A stretch of 64,000 nucleotides of DNA from positions 32,001 through 96,000 of the forward strand of contig CH464491.1 in the NCBI GenBank assembly GCA_000002445.1, given 5' to 3'. Source of the DNA: Trypanosoma brucei. Taxonomy: Eukaryota. Position 1 is the first letter of the stretch; each line of letters begins with the position of its first letter. Below, piece by piece: positions 9,367 to 20,718 of this stretch. The notes beneath the pieces are model-generated. The model was given only the letters and a program-made list of their open reading frames with translations. It did no database searches and was not told the DNA's origin. The translations under genes and the position numbers were made by a program.

Positions 9367-10176
9367 TCAAATAACTTTAGCTTCATTGTGGAGTTTCTCG
9401 TACAATTCCTCAACTGTTTTTACCTGCATCCCAACCTGACGCACTGGTGGTTCCTTTACAGTTTCACAAATAAGACGAGGGGTCACGTCTACACCCATCT
9501 CGAGTACGTTACGCACATCAATCGGTTTTTTGCGTGACTTCATGATGTTGGGAAGTTTGGGAAGGCGCGGAGTATTGAGACGGAGGTCAGCCGATACAAC
9601 ACACGGCATTTGAAGTTCCACCATTTGATGTCCCACATCCACCTCGCGTGTAACTTTTATAACACCGTCACGGCTGATATTAATTTTGGATGCAAAAGTC
9701 CCTTGCGGTACATTCAAAAGACCTGCGAGTAGTTGTGCGGTGGTGCCGAGATCCCAATCCACTGCTTGTTTTCCTAAAATCCAAAGGTCAGGTTTAAATT
9801 CTTCGTGGAGTTTCTTGAAAAGCTTAGCCACAGCAAGAGATTCAATTTCACCATTAGCTCCATCAGGTGTAATAATGTGAATGGCCTTGTCACAACCAAG
9901 TGCCATTGCAACTCGGAGGCCTTCTTCGGCTTTTTTATTCCCAACAGTTACTGCAATTACTTCTGTTGCTATTTTCTTTTCCTTCAGCCGCACAGCCTCT
10001 TCAATGGCAATTTCATCGAAGGGATTTATACTCATCTTGAGGGATTCGGTTTGTATTTTGTTATTCCTCACGCGCACTTTGACCGTATAATCCACAACAC
10101 GTTTAACTCCAACCATTACTTTCATACGAGAGACGGAGCACCTCGCGAAGAGTCCAGGAACCGTGCGAGATAACAT
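9367..10176 (-). CDS. ETFB: Electron transfer flavoprotein beta subunit.
   Basis: It aligns near-collinearly with human ETFB. Examples are MKVMVGVKRVVDYTVKVRV against LVAVKRVIDYAVKIRV, SINPFDEIAIEEAVRLKEKK, ILGKQAVDWDLGTTAQLLAGLLNVPQGTFAS, and VVSADLRLNTPRLPKLPNIMKSRKKPI. A 17-aa Arg-rich N-terminal extension (MLSRTVPGLFARCSVSR) fits a mitochondrial presequence. An alternative start lies at 10125. Confidence 0.9.
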   Translation of the reverse strand: MLSRTVPGLFARCSVSRMKVMVGVKRVVDYTVKVRVRNNKIQTESLKMSINPFDEIAIEEAVRLKEKKIATEVIAVTVGNKKAEEGLRVAMALGCDKAIHIITPDGANGEIESLAVAKLFKKLHEEFKPDLWILGKQAVDWDLGTTAQLLAGLLNVPQGTFASKINISRDGVIKVTREVDVGHQMVELQMPCVVSADLRLNTPRLPKLPNIMKSRKKPIDVRNVLEMGVDVTPRLICETVKEPPVRQVGMQVKTVEELYEKLHNEAKVI

Positions 10177-10261
10177 AGCGCACCAACACTAATATTTATT
10201 TCTTTACTTATTTTCCCCTCACGCAACGCTCTGCCGCACAGTGTTGAGTTGTAGTCTCTGT

Positions 10262-10300
10262 GTAAAAAAAAAAAAAGAAGCGACAAAAAGAAAAAAAATA
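10262..10300 (-). promoter_or_regulatory. Polypyrimidine tract upstream of ETF-beta.
   Basis: The plus strand reads aaaaaaaaaaaaagaagcgacaaaaagaaaaaaaatagag, about 90-130 nt upstream of the ATG at 10176 on the minus strand. Confidence 0.4.
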
Positions 10301-11123
10301 GAGTAGTCAATCTTCGCTTTATTTGAACAAACACATTTGAAACTAGCAAATTCGCAGAAGGTGATAGAACAAAGGATGAAACATATTTTAAAAAATAAGA
10401 AAAAATCAAAACAGGTTGCATACCGACACGTTAAAATCATTAATGAGAAACGTAACAGTCCAGCTCAGTTTCTCCCCTTTTTTTCTTTCCCTCCTAAACC
10501 CCTTTTGTACGCCCCAAGCGCCGAACGATACACACAAACGTAACGCAGTGGAGCAAAAAAGGAAAAAAACGAAGACCACGCGGTTCCTCCATCCCCTTCA
10601 CGAAAAAAAATCTAATGAAAGGTAAGCACCAACAAAAGCAGCTTTGAAATAAACACTAATTTATCTGTCCTTCAAAACGACATATTCACAACCCCTCAAC
10701 ATATCTGTACTGCGGTAATATATATTTAACAGAGCAAAACAAATGTACACGAAATAATCGTCACATTGGCTTTTTGTTTCGACTACTTCCGTCAAGCAGT
10801 AACATTTTGTTGTTGGGATCTGCTGCATAACCACCTAGTAGATGGCGCCCCCACCTCATCATCTTCCTCCTGCTCGAAACAAAGTGTGTATTCGCTATGG
10901 CGTGTTTATACCAAAAAAAAAGGAGAAACGCGGATCCAAAATCAAACTTTGTGAAGGAAAAAAAAATATATATATATACCACCAGTTCTCACTGTTTTGT
11001 GCACCTCCTGTGATTTTAATGTGAATCATGTGATGCTAACAAATGGCTCTGCTACACATTTTTTAAACCGGCCAAAGGAAACGGGTTTCAGAAACAAAAA
11101 ATGGCAAAACAAAATTCTTTGCA

Positions 11124-13085
11124 TCATTTCCTTTTGGTAGCGTTGCGCATTGTCGTTTTACCATTAAAGTTAGGTAATCGCATCCGTATAGACTTTGGTG
11201 TGACAGTGACAAGTTCTTCATCGGTTACCCAAGCGATACACTCCTCAAATGTGGCACGTGTTGCTGCATAGGATGATTTGCGTCTACCAGCCTTATCATT
11301 GGCATTTGCCCGCATCCCACCCAACTGCTCATTGCGTTTACACACGTTTATCCCAAGATTTTGAAATAATGTCTTGGTATTCTCCCCAACGATTTGTCCA
11401 TAATAAACCGAATCACCCGGAAGCACAAAAAAGCGGCCCTGCTGAGCTTGCCCGGCTAACGACCAATCCGTTACTTCACCATCCTCAGTAGCGACTAAAG
11501 CACCCGTCTCCCGACCCGTTTCAGCGGCAGTCATTGGCTTGTATGAATCAAAACTGTGGTTTAGCACACCATCACCTGCTGTAAGTGTGTGAAAGCGAAG
11601 TGGTACATGTGATAAAAGTCGGACAGGCATGAGACATTCCATGCAAACACGACCGTCAGAGAGCTGTGTAATCTCACCAATCTCAGCCATTTTTGAGCTA
11701 AAAAACGACACCATGTCACCCACAAGATTCTCCCGAAACTCAAGTGTAACACGCTCATACGGTTCACACATTTCACCGTTAATGGTCTTTGTTACGATGC
11801 GTGGGGCCTGAACCTCAAACTCATAACCCTCACGACGCATGTCTTCGATAATAACAGAAAGATGGAGGGGTCCACGCCCCATTAACTTGATGTGCGGTGA
11901 CCCAAGGCCTACGAGTTGTAACGCCGTATTTACTAACGCCTCACGCTCCAATCGCTTTTGCAGAACAGCAATAGTCCCTAGTTGTTCATTTGCCTCTTTC
12001 TTGCGCCAACTTGCTTCACTGGCCTGCATAACGAGGCTGTAAGTTGGCTCATCGGGTTTACGATATGGGAACCTGTCAACAACGCCTTGCGAACAAACCG
12101 TCGAGCCAATCCTCACAGGAACCTTTTGTCCAATGGGTTCTTGCAAGTTTAACACACAAATGTCACCGAACGCTGCCGTCTGAACATTGATCTTCTCCAT
12201 TCCAACATATAACTGAATACTTTTGACGAGCGCATCGACCTGCTCCGCTTCAAGTGCAACAGTAACAATGTCTCCCACAGAAACGGATCCTTTGAATATA
12301 CGACCGATAGCCGTTTTGTGTCCTGTGGACTCGTCAACCTCAACCTGTGACACCAACAGTTGAAGTTTCGCGTCATCGTCTTCGGTGGGTGCGGGAACGA
12401 CGTCAAAAATCTTCTCGAAAAGAGGGCTTAGAGTTCCCTCTTTTTTTGGTGTGTCGTTCATGTACCCATTACGACCGGAACCATAAAGAAATGTCATATC
12501 CAACTGAGAGTCATCTTCAGCCGTCTCGAGGAAGAGGTCCTGAACACCATCCTCCGTTTTCTTAATATTAGTGTCATCCTTGTCAATTTTGTTCAAACAA
12601 ACAATTGGTTTCAGTCGCATTGCAAGCGACTTGCGAAGAACATAACGAGTTCCGGGTCGTACGCCTTCCTTTGCATCAACCAGGAGAATAATCCCCTCCA
12701 CCATTTGCAGAGCCCGCTCCACCTCCCCGGAAAAGTCCAAGTGACCTGGAGTATCCACAATGTTAATTCGCCTCTGGGGTTCATCTCCCTTCGATGGGAG
12801 TATTATAGCAGTATTTTTTGCAAGAATAGTAATTCCTCGTTCCTTCTCCTGGTCTTTACTATCCATCACACGGTTGCGAGCCTCCACAAGTGTTCCGGAT
12901 TGCTTCAGCATTTCATCAACCAATGTGGTTTTACCATGATCAACATGCGCGATGACAGCCACATTGCGTACGTCCTGCCGAAATTTGATGTACCGAATCA
13001 AACCAACAATCACAACGTTACGAAAAGTAATCGGTTGCACCGAGCAAGACAAACGTCGCATCGCCATCTTCACGTGTCCTGTCAT
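11124..13085 (-). CDS. typA: TypA/BipA-family translational GTPase, probably mitochondrial.
   Basis: The G-domain motifs read AHVDHGKTTLVD, ERGITI, DTPGHLDF and NKID. EF-G-like domains follow. The BipA-type C-terminal domain ends TPKSIRMRLPNFNGKTTMRNATKRK. The N-terminal extension is presequence-like. Confidence 0.85.
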   Translation of the reverse strand: MTGHVKMAMRRLSCSVQPITFRNVVIVGLIRYIKFRQDVRNVAVIAHVDHGKTTLVDEMLKQSGTLVEARNRVMDSKDQEKERGITILAKNTAIILPSKGDEPQRRINIVDTPGHLDFSGEVERALQMVEGIILLVDAKEGVRPGTRYVLRKSLAMRLKPIVCLNKIDKDDTNIKKTEDGVQDLFLETAEDDSQLDMTFLYGSGRNGYMNDTPKKEGTLSPLFEKIFDVVPAPTEDDDAKLQLLVSQVEVDESTGHKTAIGRIFKGSVSVGDIVTVALEAEQVDALVKSIQLYVGMEKINVQTAAFGDICVLNLQEPIGQKVPVRIGSTVCSQGVVDRFPYRKPDEPTYSLVMQASEASWRKKEANEQLGTIAVLQKRLEREALVNTALQLVGLGSPHIKLMGRGPLHLSVIIEDMRREGYEFEVQAPRIVTKTINGEMCEPYERVTLEFRENLVGDMVSFFSSKMAEIGEITQLSDGRVCMECLMPVRLLSHVPLRFHTLTAGDGVLNHSFDSYKPMTAAETGRETGALVATEDGEVTDWSLAGQAQQGRFFVLPGDSVYYGQIVGENTKTLFQNLGINVCKRNEQLGGMRANANDKAGRRKSSYAATRATFEECIAWVTDEELVTVTPKSIRMRLPNFNGKTTMRNATKRK

Positions 13086-13130
13086 GTAACATGAATAATA
13101 TACACCACATATACATGTTTATTTGTGAAA

Positions 13131-13192
13131 AATGGGGGGGGAAATGTTTAATAATTAAGTAGATGAAAAAAGAAAGAAAAAGAGATACGCAG
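13131..13192 (-). promoter_or_regulatory. Polypyrimidine tract upstream of the TypA/BipA gene.
   Basis: The plus strand reads aaatggggggggaaatg...gaaaaaagaaagaaaaagagatacg, just upstream of the start at 13085. Confidence 0.35.
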
Positions 13193-13383
13193 CAGATATA
13201 TTAAAAGCGGAAAACACTCAACAAGGGTGGTCATAATGCATGTGGTAACGCATGCCCAACAATGGATAATTAAGAAAAGACGGAAGAAGGAAGGCACATG
13301 TCGTAACTTTGGTTTAGTAATTACTCATTACGCGCTGACTCAAACGCACTTCAACAACATTAAGGGATACCCACAACACTCAT

Positions 13384-13779
13384 TCAGTGCTGAACGTCCA
13401 GCAGCATTTTATCCACCTTAAGTTCATTAACCGGAATATTTTCCGTCCTCCCATCTGGCCACGTGCGGCGTACAATCATGGGGATCCGCCCTTGCAACAA
13501 CTCCAACTTAGTAATATGAATAGGATCGACGGATGCCGCAAATGGGTCGGCACAACCCTCCGCCAACTCAAGTGAATTTCCCGTTCCACATCCATTTTGA
13601 CTATCCAGGAGAACAGACGTTCCATTCACAATTTGGCGTGCCCTCTCGCCAATAATACGTGCCACCTCGTATTTTGTGAGGTACACACTGCTTTTCCGAT
13701 CCTTAAGAGGAGTAATGAGCAAAGCATCGGGAACATCTCCCATTTCCCCAACATACGAAACAATATCCGACTGTATCAT
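13384..13779 (-). CDS. RPB6: DNA-directed RNA polymerase common subunit RPB6 (RPABC2).
   Basis: The RPB6/omega core reads LTKYEVARIIGERARQI...LELLQGRIPMIVRRTWPDGRTENIPVNEL. Compare the consensus TKYERARVLGTRALQI...KIPIIIRRYLPDGS. Confidence 0.8.
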   Translation of the reverse strand: MIQSDIVSYVGEMGDVPDALLITPLKDRKSSVYLTKYEVARIIGERARQIVNGTSVLLDSQNGCGTGNSLELAEGCADPFAASVDPIHITKLELLQGRIPMIVRRTWPDGRTENIPVNELKVDKMLLDVQH

Positions 13780-14015
13780 ACCTATGCTCTCACCTTCGCC
13801 GCGTACAAGACAAAAGAGATATGATCGAATGTCCCAATTGTGTCAATACTGAAGGGGGAAAAAAAAGTAAAATAAATTTTAAAATATGGTCCATCATAAT
13901 TAGTATACACACACATACACATGCACGTACTTTCTAAAAAAAAAAGAAGAATAGTGTTGTAAAACTTCAACGGTGTACGGTAGCGAGAGAAGGTAGACTT
14001 TCCGAAATGTTAAGA

Positions 14016-16304
14016 CTAGCCCCCAGATCTCTCAGGTACAAATACTTCAACTCGTTCCTCCACACCATCCAACGCGATATTAAGAGAAAAACGGTCTAAC
14101 GGCGACAATGAGCACAGCTGAACAACTCCCATCCGAGGTGTTGAGTCATCAAAAGTGTCCGCCGCCAACTTTCGCAAGTGCGATGCCACATTTTTAAAAA
14201 AATAACTGAGGTATTGCTCCCAGGAACTGCATCGTTCAACTGAAGCAGCCGCCTCAGGGATTCGAATCTTACCTTCACTACCGCTGTGGCGAAACAGTGC
14301 ATAATTTGAACTCTGACGGAAGTCTTCGGCAATGACGCAGCGAACAAAATTAACGGACTGAACCATGGGGTCGACAAAAGATGCCTCGGAAACTTGAAGT
14401 CTCCTCAACCAACTTTGCTGAGCTTGCAGCAGAAAGTATGGAAGTTTATCCCGGAGAAAGTTGGTACCACTAGACTGATCCGCTCGCCAATCACCACTAC
14501 TCCACTCATTCCGCAGGGCGTGAAGAACCAACGAACAAACCGAAGCAAAAGGCGTCAAAACCAAAAAAGAGGAATACGTCCGCAAACGAAGATCAAAGGA
14601 ACATCTCTGAATCATTAAAGTAAAAACAGCGCGGGCCATGACACGGGGTCCTTCACTTGGACACGTTGTCGAAAGGCTAATAAGAGACTTTAGGAGCTCA
14701 AATACGAGACCAAACTTTCTTGTGGAAAACTTCAACGAACCTTCCATCTCGTCTTTGTTTGCGGTGTCGGCAACCGAAGGGGGCGCAGCCGTATCCTCTC
14801 CAGATATACGCATACTGTACGGGGTAACGAAGGTTAATATAATGGACAAAAATGTCAACCCTGTCATTACCACCGTAAGCGAAGAGTTCTTCATCGCCTC
14901 CAAAATCATGGGTCCAGCAAGAAACAAGAGTGTCTGTGGTGAGTTGGAGAACAACAAACACGAACACGAGTCACCAGTAGCCATCAAATCACACAGTAAA
15001 AACATGGCGCCAACCCTTTGCAAGGACACATAAGAGTTAACAGGGGCAACGCCCTCTCCATTAAATGTTGGCTCACCCTCGTCATCCTCATCCGACAAAA
15101 TATATATGGATTCCCTCTCACGCTTAAGATCATGAACTGTGGCCACTAACCTGTTACTACGGGGATCTAAACCACGTTCACTGTCGTCATAGGACAAACT
15201 TTCCATCAAATCGCCATGAAACATATCTCCCACATGTTCCGAGAGAAATGTCACTAATTCACCCTCGGGAATTAATTGCAATAACGCCTGAGTGATAGCC
15301 TCCCGTATTGCCTTGACATCAGCTAAATCCACTGGTGCTGCGACTCCCTCCGCCCCTGAAGTTATCGGGACATCACGGCTTTTTGACCCTGTTGCGGGGC
15401 ACACTTTGAAGGACCAATCCTTTAAGTTACTAACTGACCTGTGAAGAAAAGTACTGTTCTCAGTGTATGGTTGTGCAGCCTCCACCGTTGCTCTCAGAAG
15501 CAATAGCAGAGGCACTGTCTTGCGCGTGTCTCCAACGAGGTAAACAATATCCAATACAAGATGCGATAGTGCCTCTAAGGCTTCAAACCGATAATCAGAT
15601 ACGCAGCATTCTGAATGATCGTCCTCCTCTGTACTCTCGTCACTGTTAGCAATGTCCTTCCCTTCCTTCCGGCCATCTAATGTGTTAGTTGTACGTACCA
15701 GTTCTGGTGTGGCATCCCTCAGCGTTAACGATGCGGCACAATAGCAGACATTCTTCTCTACTTCAGGGAACCATGCACCTAAAACAGTTCGCGTCATGCG
15801 CAGCTGCTCACTTATGGAACCACAACTTCTCCTCCTCCTCCTCAGTGTATCTAAAAATAACTGGCGAAGGGTTGCACGGGTAACACGCAGATAGGCAACA
15901 AGAGCACGTCCCTTTTTTATTGATCCGATGGAAAGCAACTCAGTTAAAACCTCTCGTGAGTCCAAAGTACCCTCTTCCGTCTTTTCCATGGTTACTTCCG
16001 TGGGTGACTCGGTAGCTGAAAAAAGTGAGTGCATATCAACTTTAAGCGCAGACTGAAAGAGACACGATTCCAGGAACTCCGATATGGACAGTAAGGTATT
16101 TTCACATGATACGGAGCAACTAGAAGTCTCGCGGAACACAGTAATTAGGGAGACAGCATCACCCGATTCTAACAATTTTGCCCATTCATCGCGCCTGTCA
16201 CTATCAACATCCATACCAACCTTCGCTACGGTGATAAAAGCAATTTTATTTTCGCGAACGTTACTAAACCAGCACAATAGGGGACGAGGAGGAGCAGTAA
16301 ACAA
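14016..16304 (-). CDS. Conserved hypothetical protein (762 aa).
   Basis: A long uninterrupted co-oriented ORF. No domain recognised by eye. Confidence 0.55.
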   Translation of the reverse strand: MFTAPPRPLLCWFSNVRENKIAFITVAKVGMDVDSDRRDEWAKLLESGDAVSLITVFRETSSCSVSCENTLLSISEFLESCLFQSALKVDMHSLFSATESPTEVTMEKTEEGTLDSREVLTELLSIGSIKKGRALVAYLRVTRATLRQLFLDTLRRRRRSCGSISEQLRMTRTVLGAWFPEVEKNVCYCAASLTLRDATPELVRTTNTLDGRKEGKDIANSDESTEEDDHSECCVSDYRFEALEALSHLVLDIVYLVGDTRKTVPLLLLLRATVEAAQPYTENSTFLHRSVSNLKDWSFKVCPATGSKSRDVPITSGAEGVAAPVDLADVKAIREAITQALLQLIPEGELVTFLSEHVGDMFHGDLMESLSYDDSERGLDPRSNRLVATVHDLKRERESIYILSDEDDEGEPTFNGEGVAPVNSYVSLQRVGAMFLLCDLMATGDSCSCLLFSNSPQTLLFLAGPMILEAMKNSSLTVVMTGLTFLSIILTFVTPYSMRISGEDTAAPPSVADTANKDEMEGSLKFSTRKFGLVFELLKSLISLSTTCPSEGPRVMARAVFTLMIQRCSFDLRLRTYSSFLVLTPFASVCSLVLHALRNEWSSGDWRADQSSGTNFLRDKLPYFLLQAQQSWLRRLQVSEASFVDPMVQSVNFVRCVIAEDFRQSSNYALFRHSGSEGKIRIPEAAASVERCSSWEQYLSYFFKNVASHLRKLAADTFDDSTPRMGVVQLCSLSPLDRFSLNIALDGVEERVEVFVPERSGG

Positions 16305-16522
16305 ACGGTTTTCGACTCAACAAAACGGGAAATTAAAGGTGAAAATCACATTCATTCGCCATAGATTCCCAAGGTGCATTTTTTTTAAAAAAGAAGGTTT
16401 CAAACTCCTTAACAATGACGAAGCCGTGGATACGTCCAGCGTGCTGGGTATGGGAAAGTAATACCGTACAACACCCCTTCCAATCAAAACCGTAGCTACT
16501 ACCTGTTCTGCCTCCCCAACCT

Positions 16523-17515
16523 TCACATCAACGACCTGGTGGGGGACGAATGCTTCACTTTGCAATAATAATCAACAACACTTTCAGGTTCAACGCACAT
16601 ATGAGGAAGTTGCCCATCCAAATCCAACCCCTGAAACGCCATCGCCACATCAGAAGCAGAAACTGCTCCCGGTGGTTTGATATGTGCTTTAGTTACAGCC
16701 ACTGCCTGTTCTCGCACGGACGGGAGTTGCCCATTACTTTCTATGGTAGTCGCTGCTTCCTTTACACCCACTAAACTTGACCAGGGATTAAAGGCACACT
16801 CCGCCCGTAGTGCCACGAGGGTATTTGCCATAGCGGCTTCTCTATCCAGTAAGCGACGTCGCTCTGCCTCGAGATCAGCAGTTTGTTGAAGTAATCGGCC
16901 AACTTGCTCCTCCGCCCGAGTTGCTGCCTCCTGAGTCGTCTTCAACTGACTCTCTAATTCACTACAGAGGGTTGACAACCGCGCATTCTCACCAACGAGG
17001 ACGTCACATTCCTGTTGTTTCCTGCGCAGCTGACACTCTTTCGAATCGAGAGATCTATGGTAGTCGACTTGAGATCTTTGGATATTACTAATAAACTGGT
17101 TGTAACCATCCAGCTTCATTTCCCAAGCAGCTTTAAGTGAGCGAACCTCGCGCAAACAACGTTGTGAAAGATCGTTTAACTGACTCGATTGGGCATCTCG
17201 CCGAACAGACAAATCAAGAGAGGATGCGGGGTAAAGCCGGAATAATAATTCACTCACCTCAAATAGAATATCGTCTAAATCCAAAGCAACTTCCCGCAGC
17301 ATGCCTGAATCAGTTTGAGTACCTTCCGTAATCACGAGGGTTCGGTCCATGTTGTGAAGGCCGGAATTCGCCAACTCTTCCCTAAGCCGTGCAACTTCTC
17401 TCGAGAGGTCAGCGTTGCGCGCCGCTGCTGCTTCAACTTCCATGTTCAGTCGTATGACGTCCGCTTCAATCATACCTGACACGGAGGAAGATGAGAATGG
17501 AATTTTATCTAACAA
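16523..17515 (-). CDS. Coiled-coil hypothetical protein (330 aa).
   Basis: Heptad-rich sequence such as EVARLREELANSG and LESQLKTTQEAATRAEEQVGRLLQQTADLEAERRRLLDRE. Co-oriented. Confidence 0.5.
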   Translation of the reverse strand: MLDKIPFSSSSVSGMIEADVIRLNMEVEAAAARNADLSREVARLREELANSGLHNMDRTLVITEGTQTDSGMLREVALDLDDILFEVSELLFRLYPASSLDLSVRRDAQSSQLNDLSQRCLREVRSLKAAWEMKLDGYNQFISNIQRSQVDYHRSLDSKECQLRRKQQECDVLVGENARLSTLCSELESQLKTTQEAATRAEEQVGRLLQQTADLEAERRRLLDREAAMANTLVALRAECAFNPWSSLVGVKEAATTIESNGQLPSVREQAVAVTKAHIKPPGAVSASDVAMAFQGLDLDGQLPHMCVEPESVVDYYCKVKHSSPTRSLM

Positions 17516-17773
17516 CGTAAAGCAGAGGAAAAAAAAGGATTAAAATATACGTACAACATATAGAAGGGGAAAGGCATCACGGTATACAAGGTTTGCCGAG
17601 AAACATGGAGCATTGTTCCATCATTTGTGCCCCTAGGCAACGCACTTCACGGTAACAGGAGCAGTTTCGCCACAACTTCTTATTGGCAGAAAGTACGACG
17701 AGTGACCGAGTTGTTCCCTAAACGAAAGTGGTGAATCGATGGTGGTAACACTCCCTCATCACCTTCGTCTCCG

Positions 17774-20233
17774 TCACAGAACTTGAGAAAAGTGCTTGTA
17801 AACTGTTTTCCTGAGTCCGAAGACGGAAGGTGACACCATTGAAGACAACGATACATTTCCGCTCACACTCTTGCGAAGACAAACGCCGTTGTCAAAAATG
17901 AGCATGGGAGCACTCTTGTGAAACTCACCCCTAATCCCTTGTTCATTACGAGCAGCATCACGCAACTTATGGAGGTCGGTTTCCCCAAGATAGTACAAAC
18001 CCCGCTGCAATCCCCTCATCTCACGCTCACGGGCGCATTGCTGAGCCTTGTCACTTGAAAGCGCCGTAAGCGTATAAACGCTGTCACGCATTTCGGTCGA
18101 TGTACCGCCCTCCGTCCGACGGCGCTGTGAGGGGTGCAGTTCTTCATGATCATCTTCCTCCTTCTCCTCATCCTTCTCTTTATACACAACTGCACGCACG
18201 AGTGAACCTTCCACCCAACCAACATCCCAAAACCCATTCGACCGTGTCTCCTTAACACGACGCAGCGCCGACGGAAGTGCGTTGGCAAGCTGCGGATCCA
18301 ACTGGACAACATACGAGTAAACATGTGTCGCCAGCTCCAAATGAGTCCCCAACGGACGTGGGACGAAAACGTTTTCTCCACACTTCATTACCTTCTCGGA
18401 CCGACAAAACTGGGTCATGGAATGATGATCATCAGTAGTGCCGCGTATCATCACTATTTTCTTTGCAAAGGTAAAACGAGACTTTAGCAAACTGCGTATC
18501 GTCCCAGCATCTGCAAAACCTGAGAGGTCGGTAATGAAAACACGAACATTTTTTATGCGAACTGCGTCGACGACCATTGTTTTCGATGGAATGTTCGCCT
18601 CAACTTGTGCGTCGTTGTGTAACTGCACGTTATCAGGACCTTCATCACTGTAAATACGCGCGGGTGCTTTTCGGCGCATGAGGGCCTGCATTTCGTCACC
18701 TATGGGCAAACCATAGGAGCAGTCCATCTTCTTCAAAACAGCACTGCTAAGCGAACCAACTGTTTCGAGAATAGGAAACTGAAGATGTTTAGATACGAAA
18801 CTCATGTAACTAGGAAGCACAAGTCCCGGCGTACACTGTTGTACCTTCTGCGCCCCTCCTCCACTTCCTTGTGCAGCATCTCCATTTTGCTTCTCATCGC
18901 CGTCATCACCGCTATCGCTGGCGATATCCTCAAGTGGAGCCACTTCATACGCTCCTCCATCCAAAGCCCTCCGCTGCTCTTCCAACTCCAATTCAAGTCT
19001 TAGATAATACTCCTCAAGTTCCTCTTTACTTAGTGGGATCCTTCTGGTGTACTGCACCTTAATGGCATCTCCCTTCGCTGCTGCGGCTACGGAAAACGCA
19101 GTTGTATCCCGCTTGGGTGTCCACGGAAATACAATAAGATGCTCCCGATCCTCATCACTACCTTGTAGAAAATACTCCAGGAGATCAGCCGCTACACCAT
19201 AGTCCAACGTTTCCCCATCGGCAAGACACACCTTTGGTCCCGCTACACTCATTACCTCCTGTGCCGTTTTGCACGTAATCACATTTGCAAAGAGTTGATG
19301 CTCACTTAAAATCACTTCATCTTTTAAAGACTCCGTCATCGTGCTTGCTTTCCCAATCACCTCGGCCGCTTGAACGGAAGCGAGAACAATTGAATAGTTA
19401 TCTCCTCCCTTCTCGGTAAGGAGATGCATGATTATTGTTAGCACTTCCAACCCTCTTCCAGGTACAGAGACAGGAACCAGTACATCCTTCCCATTACGAA
19501 GCGTGCTTAGCACCTCCCGGATGAACACATTAAGCTGCTCCTCGTATTTTTTTCCAGAATTACCGAGTAAATGAAACGGTGAGCCGTCTATAAACAAAAG
19601 TGTTGCCGTCGTTGGCGGTGCGAACCGATTAAGTGCGTACGAGGGCTTCAAGGAAAAGTCAGGGCAATAAAACAACTCATCAATTTGATATTTTATGAGC
19701 CATCCGCAACCGCCAAGCATCCGTCCGGAAAAAACGGGGAAACACTCCACTTCAACATCTCGATGACGGATGGTTACCTTACCACCATATGGTTCCCGTA
19801 CACTACGAAATGCACTATATATTTTGTCCACTGTCATTTCGAACTCCACTCCAGACTGAAGTTTCCATGTATTAGTGTTAGGAAAAAGATAAAGAAAGGG
19901 ATGCAGCAAGCCATGAAGTCCCATTTTCGCTGTAGCCCCAGCGGCAGCAACGTGTGTTTCCGCTGTTATATGCTCCATCACAAAAGGAAGTGCGCCGCAA
20001 CTGCTGAGTTCTGGCGTGGAAAAAAGAACTGCATGGAGATCGCCAAGGTAAGGTAAAAGGGCATCAAGGTAACTGGTTTCGAATCCATCATTCCACCCAC
20101 AGTCCATAAGAATTCGCACACCATCTATCTCCAGTAGGTATGCCATTGGTATGCTCGGGTGATACGCATCGCCAGATGGGGCCCCATATATATTTGTTAG
20201 TTTGATCGAACCAGCCGAAGCGCGCAGCATCAC
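17774..20233 (-). CDS. CPSF2: Cleavage and polyadenylation specificity factor 100 kDa subunit (CPSF2/CPSF100), metallo-beta-lactamase plus beta-CASP fold.
   Basis: The N-terminus is collinear with human CPSF2. Examples are IKLTNIYGA against IKLTTLSGV, AYLLEIDGVRILMDCGWNDGF against [21 protein letters not shown], and LHAVLFSTPELSSCGALPF against IDAVLLSHPDPLHLGALPY. An acidic insert and a C-terminal domain follow, and the length is about 800 aa. Confidence 0.8.
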   Translation of the reverse strand: MMLRASAGSIKLTNIYGAPSGDAYHPSIPMAYLLEIDGVRILMDCGWNDGFETSYLDALLPYLGDLHAVLFSTPELSSCGALPFVMEHITAETHVAAAGATAKMGLHGLLHPFLYLFPNTNTWKLQSGVEFEMTVDKIYSAFRSVREPYGGKVTIRHRDVEVECFPVFSGRMLGGCGWLIKYQIDELFYCPDFSLKPSYALNRFAPPTTATLLFIDGSPFHLLGNSGKKYEEQLNVFIREVLSTLRNGKDVLVPVSVPGRGLEVLTIIMHLLTEKGGDNYSIVLASVQAAEVIGKASTMTESLKDEVILSEHQLFANVITCKTAQEVMSVAGPKVCLADGETLDYGVAADLLEYFLQGSDEDREHLIVFPWTPKRDTTAFSVAAAAKGDAIKVQYTRRIPLSKEELEEYYLRLELELEEQRRALDGGAYEVAPLEDIASDSGDDGDEKQNGDAAQGSGGGAQKVQQCTPGLVLPSYMSFVSKHLQFPILETVGSLSSAVLKKMDCSYGLPIGDEMQALMRRKAPARIYSDEGPDNVQLHNDAQVEANIPSKTMVVDAVRIKNVRVFITDLSGFADAGTIRSLLKSRFTFAKKIVMIRGTTDDHHSMTQFCRSEKVMKCGENVFVPRPLGTHLELATHVYSYVVQLDPQLANALPSALRRVKETRSNGFWDVGWVEGSLVRAVVYKEKDEEKEEDDHEELHPSQRRRTEGGTSTEMRDSVYTLTALSSDKAQQCAREREMRGLQRGLYYLGETDLHKLRDAARNEQGIRGEFHKSAPMLIFDNGVCLRKSVSGNVSLSSMVSPSVFGLRKTVYKHFSQVL

Positions 20234-20718
20234 CTCTTAACTCAATTTCGTGATCTTTTTAAACTATTGGTATGCAAACGAGCAGTCAAATATGGAAAAA
20301 AAATGAGTGACGGAAAGGAAAAATCCGTAAGAACACATCAGCACGCCTAAAAGTCATGCGAAATAAGCAATTCCTCCTGCACATACCCTTCCTCTTTCCC
20401 CATTCTCATGGAAGAGTGAACAATAGTGCTTCAGCCGGTATTACAAAACATGAACTTAATCGATAATCACAATAACTAACCATAAAAACGCAGAGCCAGT
20501 TGTCCCTTCTCCACCTAAAAACAAAACACAAAACGTCCCAAGCAAGTAACTTTGAACTCCAGTTCAAAAAAAAAAAATGATAATTTTTTTTTTCACGACT
20601 CGTGACCCATCCACACACTGCGGTCAGATCCGTAGAAGAACTGAGTAATCTCACGCCACTGGGAAGCAACAAAAAAAAAAATAAAATAAGAGAAAATGTA
20701 AGATAAAATGAAGCATAT

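Noticed and set aside
18016-18381. A nested 121-codon minus-strand ORF in an alternative frame inside CPSF100.
   Set aside because: It overlaps a well-supported CDS in another frame and is Arg-rich as expected from frame-shifted GC-rich coding sequence. Trypanosome genes do not overlap in this way.
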